A stretch of DNA of 63,625 nucleotides, the filler included, from Sluysia triapertura (Eukaryota): assembly GCA_046118255.1 (NCBI GenBank). It is 5 parts of 5 records of this genome, joined end to end, with 100 filler letters (N's around TTAATTAATTAA, not from the genome) between each part and the next. Parts side by side here need not be neighbours in the genome. Positions count along the whole stretch, not along the records: positions 52,608 to 63,625 come from JBJNIA010190086.1; 4 more parts are not named here. One strand, given 5' to 3'. Every line of letters starts with the position of its first letter. The stretch's first letter is position 1. Both the position numbers and the translations under genes were made by a program. This document shows positions 52,850-63,625 of the stretch, piece by piece. Under the pieces are notes generated by a model, which did no database searches, was not told where the DNA came from, and saw nothing but the letters and a program-made list of their open reading frames with translations.

Positions 52850-54890
52850 ACAGAACGTGGAGCTTACCATACTTATTAATTAGTGGGAAGAGGTATTGAC
52901 AAACGCATGATCAGTAAGGTAGAATGAAAAAACCTCGAATTCGATCACCCAAATTTAAGCCAAAGCAGCATTTTGTATGGCATTCAATCCCATCCAATCC
53001 CAAATCTGGAAATCCGTCTATTTTAACAGGCCAGGTACAAAAATCCGGCATCAAACATTTGGCTTCTCGTCTTCCAATACTCTCCCGCTCGAAGATCTAT
53101 TGCTAAAAATATTCCGCGTATTGTTGGTAGACGCATTGATGGAACGGTCGTCTGTTCAAAATTATTTACTTCTTCAGAATTACCCAGAACAAAATCCAAT
53201 GTGACTCTACCCAAACTGGCCCCAATACGATATGCAATCAGGATTTCAAAACGCATAAATAATACTCCGCATGCCTGGCCCAGCGGCAGAGGGGCCAGAA
53301 GACATGTAAATAATACCCCGCTTAGTGGGCCCTACAGCGGGGATGCCCAAAAAAAATTCACAATCAATCCACTGTGGTTTCTGACACCACCTCTAGGAAG
53401 ATTAATGTTAGAAGTTGTTTATTGTGCCATAACCCCCAAAAATCGTTTAAATCCTTTTTAAATAAGTCCATTGAAATGCAGGGATATTGCTGCATTGACG
53501 CTTCTTCAAATTCACCCTTCATTTGTTACTTTCTGATCGTCTTATCTATGAAGTTAGGAATTTTCTCAAATATAACATCTTCTTCTCTGATTCCCATCAT
53601 TTCTCAAACATTACCTTTCCTCCCTCCTTCTGTAATCATTTTAGAACGATCTTAGGAAGACTATTTACCTGTCTATATCTACCTCTGTAACTTCCGAAAA
53701 ATTTATTTTAACCTCTTCATTTTTCTTAGCCGTATTAACAATGAACTCCAAACCTTTTATGGTACACCCAGCATCTCTTACCTTCATCTTAAAACTTAGC
53801 GATCCTCAGAGCTCAACCATAAAACACCATGGTCCCAAAATTAATACCTAAAAAGGCAACCTATACTCCTAACCCAGTCTCTTCATCTTCACCTGTCTTT
53901 AATAACCATGTCCCAATCTCTTAGAGCTAAGTATTTTAATAACAATCTATCTTCTGCTGTTATACTCAACTCTAAGCCCTCTCCTGTGGACTTAGGTCTT
54001 CATGCAGAAAATGAGAGTGTTATTTCTGGCCCACAAACCTCAATGTCCTTTAACGCCAATTTACCTTCTCAGTACACCAGTGACACTACAATCCATCCTG
54101 CTATTATACATGATTCTAAGTCCTCTTATATAGCTCAGATCTTCATGCAGATCTTCATCCACAACCCTCACGGTCCAGTGACGAAAGCTTCCTGGATGGG
54201 ATCGAATTCCTCTTTGATGATTCGTACCTGCCAATAACTATTGATTCTCACACCTTCAAAGCTTGAAGAAGACAAAACCCAAGGTACACATCTCTCTGTT
54301 TCCAGGTGATATCTGCCATCCCAACTATCTTTTTACTTCTGACGATATCATCGACTTTGTCACAAGCCTCAACATACCTCAGGACCATCGCTTCATTTCT
54401 GGCTTTGCCACTGAATCTTTCTTCGATGGTTCTCCTGCTCATAACGCCTTTATTGACATTAATAGTACAGTTACATCGACAAAACCCTTCTTCGTCACCA
54501 ACATGAATAAACAATGGTTCCTAGTTGTTGCCGGTATACATACTAGACATGCTGAAATCTTTGATCCTCTTACTGCTGACCTAGATACATCTAGATGTTC
54601 CAAGACGCAGAAAATCTTATCAACATTCTTGCTATTATATAATCATCCTTATTCTATTATCCCTTCTCGGCCACACACGTTACAAACTAACTCCTTTGGC
54701 TGTGGACCTTTAGTGTGCGGATTCATCCAAAGACTATTTCAACAAAAACATTGTACCTGCCTTAGTGCCTGTGACCCAACTCCTGCTCCTACAAACCCTA
54801 CTCTAGCCAGTGACAACAAAGAAGATAAATGACATATTTGGTTTTGAAATCACTAATTTACTCTGCCTTCGGGCGAAGATTTTAAAATTT
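52850..54890 (+). mobile_element. NeSL/R5-like element remnant: 5' region and Ulp1 (C48) protease, RT absent
   Basis: ORF 54263-54832 has NKQWFLVV...EIFDPL...QTNSFGCGPLVC; upstream CLLC Zn-finger-like and Ser/Pro-rich ORF pieces; higher GC than flanks; followed by (ATT)n. Confidence 0.65.
54263..54832 (+). CDS. Ulp1/SENP-like cysteine protease domain (transposon-borne)
   Basis: C48 motifs (H/Q)W.LVV, FDPL, Q.N..xCG; the position before W is Gln rather than catalytic His. Confidence 0.7.
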   Translation: MKKTKPKVHISLFPGDICHPNYLFTSDDIIDFVTSLNIPQDHRFISGFATESFFDGSPAHNAFIDINSTVTSTKPFFVTNMNKQWFLVVAGIHTRHAEIFDPLTADLDTSRCSKTQKILSTFLLLYNHPYSIIPSRPHTLQTNSFGCGPLVCGFIQRLFQQKHCTCLSACDPTPAPTNPTLASDNKEDK

Positions 54891-54901
54891 GATACTTAAT
54901 A

Positions 54902-54959
<58 letters not shown>

Positions 54960-55348
54960 ATTAATATTATTATTATTATTATTACTATTACAGAATAAGA
55001 TAAAATATTGGACGTGATTGAAAAATTACATGGAATAAAACTACGAGAATATTCACTCAGAGTAAAATTGACTACATAGTGAAATTGATTATGAATTTTT
55101 AGCTTTAGAGTCGTGACATCATGAAAAATACTTCATAAGATATATTTCTTAACGAAGACACAATATGTAATAATAGCTATACAATAGAAAACTAAACATA
55201 TATTAGTTTAAATGTAGATTGACAATAGAAATAAATATTACTAATGTGCAAATGTGATAAATCTCACTGCTATTATCATCATTCTGTTTTCCACTCAATT
55301 TCATAACTATATGCTGTAATTATTAATTTCAGACTTATTACTCCAGTA

Positions 55349-55383
<35 letters not shown>

Positions 55384-55658
55384 GTTGTTGTTGTTGTTGT
55401 TGTTACTACTATTACTACTTATTATTATTATTACTTCAGATACAATAATAATTGGAAATCAGCATAGCTCCACAATTTAATTATGTGTATGGTTCATTTT
55501 AATGAATTCCATAAACTTTATGAAATATCATGCTTATAATATACTAAATATTTCAAGACGATCTTGATAGGTTTTAAATATATCAAAATTAAGTCGAATT
55601 TATTTTCGGTCTTCTGTCGCAGATTCAATCTTGAAATATAAAAAAATTCGAAAATAAC

Positions 55659-58286
55659 CTCAACGAATGAACTGCTAGTGTCAAAGTTTCCGGATTTAGC
55701 ATCAATGGTATTTTGAGTGTCTGAAATCGCATGTTCATTTCCATCCCCATCATTGTTGTTGATCACGTCATCCTCGTCTGAGGACTCATGAACTTTGTTT
55801 CTGTTGGGTCGCAAATCATCTGGACTAACTATCAAGCCAGTCAGAATAAGACAGCCACCAGAAAACAGCAAAGCAGCCGGTAGCAAGAAGCCATATTCAT
55901 ATCCGAAGTTAACTACTTGGCCTGTTAGTAGATCTCCAAGTATATTACCCACTGAAGCACAACTGCTCCAAATACCTAAACAATGTCATCAACAGCTCTT
56001 CAAATTACGACTTCAAATAATAATAATAATATAATGCAGGGTGTTTTTCGATCAATTAAATAATCTTTGCAGTCAATTAAATAAATTATGTAAAGAAAAT
56101 AATTTAAATTAAAATCAACTTAGAATATAAAACTAAATCAACAGATTTATTGCATAATAACATCAGTTCATTTTCCGGCAAAAATATCCATCGTGTTCAT
56201 CAGTAATTTCAATAGTACAACCAGGATTTGTGGAGATAAAATTTACATTCCAAATTAAAGAACAGATATTAACAAGTGTCTGAAACTTTTGGTATGGTTT
56301 ATCAACATTAAACTGACTGACTTAGTAGAATATCCTTCAAATGTTTATTGGATTATTCTTTCCCTATGTCATCGACTAAAACAGTAATTTTTCTTATAGT
56401 CGGTGTAACAATGGTGGAAGATGATGCAGACATTTCATGTAAAGGTAATTGCAGACTCAGTACATTGGTTGCCAATAAAAGCAAGAATATAATTCAAAAT
56501 CATGACAATAATTTACAAATGCTTACTTTACGGAAGTCCTGAATATCTTTTAGAAGTATTAAAAATTTGGAAACCAAGATGAATATTATTTCATTGAGAC
56601 AATAATAATAATCTAAACAGAATCCACAGTGATAATAAGAGCTAAGTGATAGGTTGTATATAGTTTATGTTTCAAAAATATACAACCAGTACTACCAGAG
56701 AATGTCAAATTATTGGAAGACTATGAAATATTTAAGAAAAAGACAAAGTTGTTTTTGTTTCAGAAATATTATTATAGTAAATGATTTATTTTAAGCACTT
56801 TTGAGTACTTACTTTACAGTAGATATAAGCGAAATATAAATTAATATATTATGATTATTATTATTATTATAAATAATGATTCTTGATTGTCAGAACATGA
56901 AATTTATAACACCATTGTTTCTAAAAGTTTCAACATTTTCCGTGTATCCAGATCTAAAATAATTAGTAAAAACTATGGTCAAATGAAAAACAGATGAATT
57001 GGACGAATTTCCAAAATTCAGCAATTTGTGTAATCGTTTGAGAATAACGAAGAATCGAAACATTTTCAGATACATTTGACAATTATGAAGTCCTATCTGA
57101 ACGATTTGTTGAAGGAAAAGATTTATTCAAATGAATAACGTTTAACTGCGAAAATTCTGGATTTTATGAATTAGGAACAAAGAATCACACGGACTTTATT
57201 TTGTCAAATCATATTGGATAAGGTCATTAGAAAGAAAGGTATACAAAAGAGCAGCAATTCAAAGTAGGTACTTCGTCGTTTTCAAAATGGCATGTATCAC
57301 ACATGCACCTCATCGAAGTATGCATACATTCCAGTATCGATATCCATCCACTATATAAATATGTAAAAATGATTAAATTATTACTTAGATATTAGTATTA
57401 CACGCTGTAGCTCTCGTTGTTCTCTTCTAATATTGACATTAAAGTGATGGCCAAATTATTAGACTAAAGACATCCATTTTTGTGATAAAATTCAGCTTTT
57501 TTCAAGGATACTATGAAACTATTAATCAAAAGTGTATAAAAACATTGTCACGGAAAATGTAAAGTGTTGGAAAATAACTATTTTCTCCAAAAAAATTTTG
57601 GTGAAAGTAAAATAATAGATAAAAATATTGAGATCCAAAACATACATAAATGTTATTCATGAAGAATGTGATAACACAATTTACTACAAATCAAATATGT
57701 TGTATCAGTACTTTGTTTGCCATCCTTTGTTATACAATAATTTCCTGATCCTTAAAGGCGCATGCTACGGATGAGCATGGACACAAGGCTTTGATCTCGT
57801 CATCGCGATGCCATACTTTTATCAGGGTTTCAGTAAGTTCTATACTGGTGGTTCGTTTATGGGTAGAAACTCTCCTTTTGACAATATTCCACAGATTTTC
57901 TATGGGATTCATATATGAAGAGTTTCCACACCAGGGTAACAAATATTAAGAAAACCAATGCATATTATAGATGAATATTTTCTTAAACTCATAATGTAAA
58001 ATCACAATAGGAAAAAGCGCAGTCAATTACAAATACAAATAAAACAATCATATCGAACCCATGATTAAACCACGATTGCTTCCAAACCAGTTGCCCATAA
58101 TTGCCACTGCCGCTGGCCATCCTGTACTCTGACAGAGACCATTCAAAATATAAATTATTGTGTAAAATGCGATGTTGTACAGATGCAGCCACTCAGAAAC
58201 GACTCCGAAAAAGAAAATAACAATGGCTGAACTGCACATGCCTGCACCAAGGACCACTCGCGGTGAGAATTGATCACTTAGATAAC
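55659..58286 (-). CDS. SLC37A3: Sugar-phosphate exchanger 3 (MFS), two internal exons: 58286-58059 and 55975-55659
   Basis: GYLSDQFSPRVVLGAGMCSSA...NGLCQSTGWPAAVAIMGNWFG..RGLIM|GIWSSCASVGNILG...GYEYGFL...GLIVSPDD closely follows SLC37A3; junction phases are compatible. Confidence 0.88.
56450..56870 (+). mobile_element. L2 LINE 3' end in SLC37A3 intron
   Basis: HWLPIKARI.FKIMTIIYK, homologous to 13360-13730; ends in (ATT)n. Confidence 0.8.
57438..57945 (-). mobile_element. Tc1-like transposon 3' remnant in SLC37A3 intron
   Basis: LPWCGNSSYMNPIENLWNIVKRRV (WPxxSPDLNPIENLW); TIR-like TAAAGTGATGGCCAAATTATTAGA at 57438. Confidence 0.8.
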
Positions 58287-59799
58287 CTGAATGATAAATC
58301 CCATTAAATGATAAATATGAAACTAATCCGAATGAGGCACGCTTTGAAATTAAGAAAACAGTAACGACTAAGGAGCAAGTGACACACCAGATGCATTTTT
58401 AGATGCATTGACAAAGAGTTCTGACTTCAAATTCATTAAATTTATTATTTTTTAAATAGTTTTCATTTTTAAGATATGAAGAAAAGAAGAGATTGTCAAA
58501 AAAGATAAATTGTGCATGAAATAAAACCCTGCGTTTTTATAAGTGTTGTGTCATTACATTCTTTAATGACACATTTTACACACAGATTTACTCTACTGGC
58601 TTCACCGAAACCGAGTGAGACAAATAAAATATGGTACTCGAATATTTCTTGCAAACCATTTAAATTAAAGATACTGAAAAAAGAATTCTTATGTAAAAGT
58701 TAAACAGAATAAGAAAAAACTGTACTCAGAAATTGACTAATGAATTAAAAAGTGAAACAAAAACAAAATTTTTGCGTCAAATTTTGTATGATTTACGGAT
58801 AACTATTTGGTAGCAATTTTTGAGATTTTATTTAAATATACTTAGATAACGAATTTGATGTTAAATTATATATTAAGTTAGAATTACCAAAATTTAGAGC
58901 ATATCACATTATCATCGTAAAAGGGCGTTCGGTATTAACCCTCACAATTTATTGCAATGCGCTGTTTAATTAGTTTATAAAACAATTGCGTTCTGGTTCT
59001 AAAATTTATTTTTTTTGAGCATATTCGAGCTTAAGATTCGGCTCAAATCAATTTCGCAAAATGCAAATTTAATAAGTTTGTCAGGGACTCTCGTAAATTC
59101 AAAACGATCACTCGAATCCATGAACAAAAAATGAAAAATTGATTTCATACTAGAATAGTACATAGAAATCTAAATCATTAGAAAGTAATATGTGCAGATG
59201 CGTACAATCGGTATGAGATTTGATTCTCTGATACTTTGATTTTGATGAAATGACATTTGTCTTTCCAGGAATTATGGTCCATCTTTTGAGAGGTTGCTTC
59301 GGTAGATCCGGTTCTGTTAAATTGTCGTACGTCTTTAGTTTCGCGATTTATGAACTTGCCAAGTTCGATGTCATCAGCAACAAAATCACTACCACTATCG
59401 CAGATTAAAATTTCAATCTCAACATTTTTTATTGACAATTATATCATAATGTAAAATGAAGTTGTTTTTTGTATATTAGAAATGTGCTTTCTAAAACACA
59501 TAGTGGTTTAATTAAAACAAATATTTTAATAGATTTTTATACTTTTATTGAAATTCTACTTTTACCTCTATCATTGCACAATAATCATAATCAATTCGAA
59601 AATTATTGACTGTTTGTTTTTCATTGTACCGGCATTAATATAATAATTTCAATTTATACGCAATTAATTTTAGTTGGTGACATAATATGACAATAATGAA
59701 TATGACACAATAATAATATTAATAACTATAATTGCAGGTCTAATTGATAATAATATTCATCTAAACAATTCATATTGTTGAATACTGTACAGCTTCTTT

Positions 59800-61010
59800 C
59801 TTGTTTTTCTTAAAATGAAACTTACACCTTACACTGATTATATCTGAGATTTATATTTTTTTTCTGTATAAACTTTAATGTCTTCACAACAAAGGATAGA
59901 TCCGATATTTTAATAATTTTAGTGGGGTCAACACAATACCTTAAGAATTTTATTTCATTAATACATAACAAAATCACTCTTCAGAATATTTCATAATTGC
60001 TATTACATTTAAACACTCTAAACATAAAATTTCACAGCATCTAGATCAGACACAACATCGAAAATCATCAAATATTAATTGAAACATTTCAAATTTAATT
60101 CAACATATCGCACATTCCATAACATTTTACCTATTTTTTTATCAAAACCTATTTCATACTTTACTTCCTTCAAGATCCTGTAAAACCAATTTCGTACCTC
60201 AAAACATTTTTTAATTCTCAAATTGTCAACATCCGAATCATAATTACATTTAAAACCATCAATCTACATTTCAAAATTCATTTTAAAGCATTTTAATTTA
60301 CAATTTTAAAACACCAAAATTACTTCTACATTCAAAACCATTAACGTATATTAATTTTCATTCAAAACATTTTGATCCACAATTTCATAACACCAAAATT
60401 ACATTATACATCTCAAAATCAATCCAAAATCCTTAACACTCAATCTCTAATATCGCAAAAATCATTAAATTAACACTTTGAAATCAATTTAGTCATTGTA
60501 ATCAAATTGTTACTTCTTTAACATCTTTAATTAAGTATTATTTTATTTAAACATTCTCTCATCAACTCCTTTTTACACAATACATATCTTGGTAATCAGC
60601 GAACAAGATCTCCTTCATAAAAATCTTAATAGAATTGTATTTTTACATAAGAAATCATTTTTTAGGAATTTTAATATGTTTAAAAAACAATATAAGATTT
60701 ACAATAAGAAAGATCTTGTTAAAGAAAACGAAAAAGACAAAATTCATGTGTTAAAATTTGTACTTTTATGATAATTACTTAATTTCAAATATTATTATTT
60801 TCATCATTTTTTAGTACTAGGATTATTTTAATTCAATTGACGACAAAATTTAATTTATTACCTGTCATCGATAGACAGATTTACATTTCATCTCTGCTGT
60901 CTACCGATGATAGACATTGAATTAGTTTACCTCTGACCTGATTGGATGTCCAATCAATACCATTTCATCATCTTAATTTATCTGCTGAGATTGGACATCC
61001 AATGAACATA
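59800..61010 (+). mobile_element. Penelope-like remnant with double hairpin (copy 3)
   Basis: AGTGGGGTCAACAC (~59921), C/A-skewed tract, inverted repeats at 60862-60913 and 60941-61003. Confidence 0.4.
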
Positions 61011-62389
61011 CAATAGTAAAAATTAAAAATTATACAAAAATTTGACAACTAGTAAAAAATAAAAAAAGAACTGTTTAAAAAACAAAAAGTTTGCGGTAAT
61101 TTTATGAGATAATTAATTCCTAGACAATTTTATTTTATAATGTTCAATTTTAGTATTATGATTATTAGTAATTCTGGTTATGTACATTATTATTATGATC
61201 TTTTTATTCCGACAATGAACATTGATGAAACAATTACTTATCCATGCCGCAAGTCATTTAAATATGTTGTTGGGAATATAGTACTTTACTCTAATGAAAA
61301 GGATAATTTAAAATTTGATTATATTATTTATTTTAGTAGCGATAAGGAAATAAAAGTTTATAAATTTAATGATGAACTCAAAGACGGATTTGATATATTG
61401 AAACATTTTAAAACCCAGAATAATTACTCATTTAATATAAAATTTGTTAAGTCAAAGCTAATTACAATTGATAATTTAGTTATATGTTGTATGCTTCATC
61501 AATTACTCAAGTTAGTATCTAAAGTTACAGACTTTTTGAAAATCGAAATCAATGAAATTTAGTAGTACATGTACAAATCTTAGTACAAAAAGTTTGAATG
61601 AACCATTTTATACAGCTCATTCTAAACAATTTAATTTAAATCATGCTGTTTCGTCGAATTATAAATTGCCGAAGAAAAATAAAATTTCAGAAATCTTTAT
61701 TAATATATGTTTAGTTTTTAGTTTGTGCTGATATGATAGACTTAGATTCGTATATCATGACAAATCAAGTAGCATTATTAAAGAGAGGCATTCGAAATGA
61801 AAGATTAACAGCTCACTATTCTGAGTTTATTTACGATCATAAACATTTGTTTGTACGGAACAACGCAATCTAGAGAATGCAGCAAATATGGCAAGGATTG
61901 TGTACACTATCACACAATTAGTGAATGTCGAAATATTCCCGGGTATTCAGCTTGCTTCATTGATCACTGTCAAAGGATAAAATATGTTATGACGATGTTT
62001 CGCGTAATAACTTCTCTAATGTTTCAGGAAAGTCTATGGTGAAGAACAAAACGATAAATATTATAAATTTTTATTTGAATTTTTACAACTTGAATTGTTT
62101 TTATGTTTTATATCTTTTTAGAATCGATTTCGAATATATCCAGTGGCATTTCCAGAGGACAACAAAGCAAATGTTAAATATAGTTTTAGATTCCGCACAA
62201 ATGTTGATAATAAATAGCTTTAGCATTTATTCTTACTCTTCATCTATTGTAAAACATTTATTTAAACTTTATTTTAAAATTTCTTAAGTCATACAATTTA
62301 AAAGATATTATTCGATTTTCATTAACTAGTTTTGTTAAATGTAAATTATTTTCTTTAACGACGAATTTCATTTAATAAACTTAAAACAT

Positions 62390-62700
62390 AATGATAATAA
62401 CATAATGATAATAAAAACATAATGATAATGATAATATATTAATTTATACTGCGCTCATATCTACTACAAAGTAAGAACTCCGACGCTTTTAAAATAAATC
62501 ATTCACTATAATATTTCTGAAACAGAAAGAACTTTGCCTTTTTCTTAAATATTTCATAATCTTCCACTAATTTGACATTCTCTGGTAACTGGTTGCGTAT
62601 TTTTGAGGCATAGAGTATAAAACCTATCAATGTGGATTCTGTATAGATTATTATTATGTCTCAATGAAATATTCATCTTGGTTTCCAATTTTTTATTTCT
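62390..62700 (-). mobile_element. L2 LINE 3' end
   Basis: Reverse complement of 13450-13720, with a simple-repeat tail. Confidence 0.8.
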
Positions 62701-63600
62701 AAACTAGTTGATATCGAAATATTACATAAAATGAAGCCTTATCCGTACAACAAACATCTTTATTCTACTCATTTAATGAATATAATTATGAACGGAAGAT
62801 TTTATGATACAGGAAGCTATTTTAACGAAGTCAAGATTAGTGACATCAAAAATGTAGAATTTGTTAAAGAAGTAAATTCTATTACTCGACATATTTATAT
62901 TTCATCCAACATAATATCAAATAATCATCAGAAATGCGAATTTTATAAAAACCACAACAGAACCGCACTATGTTTGTTTTGTTAATACTCACAACGTACC
63001 AAAATTATGTTATCATTCTATCACTGACGACAATTTTAATATCAACTTGGATCGAATTAACAAGTTTTTAGTTTCATTACAAATTAATTCAATCAATTCA
63101 AATCCTACAATCAATAATAGACATCCAGCTATACTGACTGACGATTCTGAATTAAAAGATGAAAACAAATGTTGTTTTGATCATTTAATTCAGAAATATA
63201 TACACACACCGATAATAAACCAAGTAAATTATAAATACTACTTACAAATTTATTATTACCTCAAAGTATGAAGTACAAATACTACTTATTATTAAGTTAT
63301 AAATTAAATTATTATTTGTGAAAATTATCTATTGATGAATAATTATTATTATTAATGAATTATTGATATTAATTTTACTGAATAGTTGAAGAATTATTGT
63401 AGAATTCCTTAATATTAAATTAAAAAATTAGTGATAATTATAAAATAGAATTTATAGTATAAGTAAATTAATATTGGAATTACTGAAATAAATACTATTG
63501 GAATTTATTATTGCAAATAGTATAGAAGTGTTGGGATAAAAAGCCTAAAAAAAGTGCCAAGTAGTATAATTGAATATAATAAAAATGAAATTGTTAGACG

Positions 63601-63625
63601 GGGCTGATAGCTCAGTGGTAGAGCA
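63601..63625 (+). tRNA. 5' end of a tRNA (possibly Cys) or tRNA-derived SINE, cut by window end
   Basis: GGGCTGA-TA-GCTC-AGTGGTA-GAGC-A: 7-nt acceptor strand, perfect D-arm and A-box. Anticodon not visible. Confidence 0.7.

Noticed and set aside
53365-53820. Minus-strand reading frame through the NeSL-like region
   Set aside because: Many stops and no motif; the plus strand carries the CxxC and Ulp1 signals.
58936-59510. TTAA-CCCT start and acidic ORF 59178-59438 as piggyBac (similar start at ~45636)
   Set aside because: No convincing matching TIR or catalytic motif.

Overview
A very AT-rich eukaryotic genomic window. The short introns, (ATT)n tracts, cecropia-type mariner and Ulp1-bearing non-LTR elements suggest a triclad planarian, but that is inference. 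The scaffold has five N-gaps; four are 100-bp spacers carrying an artificial TTAATTAATTAA linker, so order across them is unverified. Host genes on the minus strand are: a disrupted hemicentin-like Ig-Ig-Ig-TSP1 fragment (1.4-5.8 kb), a complete 4-exon two-Ig type-I membrane protein (28.0-29.6 kb), the 3' exons of a class B GPCR (30.2-30.7 kb) and two exons of SLC37A3 (55.7-58.3 kb). On the plus strand there is a candidate micro-exon array gene (44.7-48.3 kb) and a tRNA-like 5' end at the window edge. Most of the rest is decayed mobile DNA: a ~9-kb Polinton/Maverick (pPolB, adenain protease, packaging ATPase), two NeSL/R5-type RLE retrotransposons with a Ulp1 protease, L2 LINE 3' ends, mariner, Tc1, hAT and piggyBac remnants, and a diverged Penelope-like family followed by paired long hairpins. 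The most striking observation is a candidate 6-nt microexon (28337-28342) in the Ig gene whose inclusion changes CRGGF to CRGDCGF, i.e. a Cys-flanked RGD motif next to the membrane. All calls come from manual reading and translation; no searches were run.
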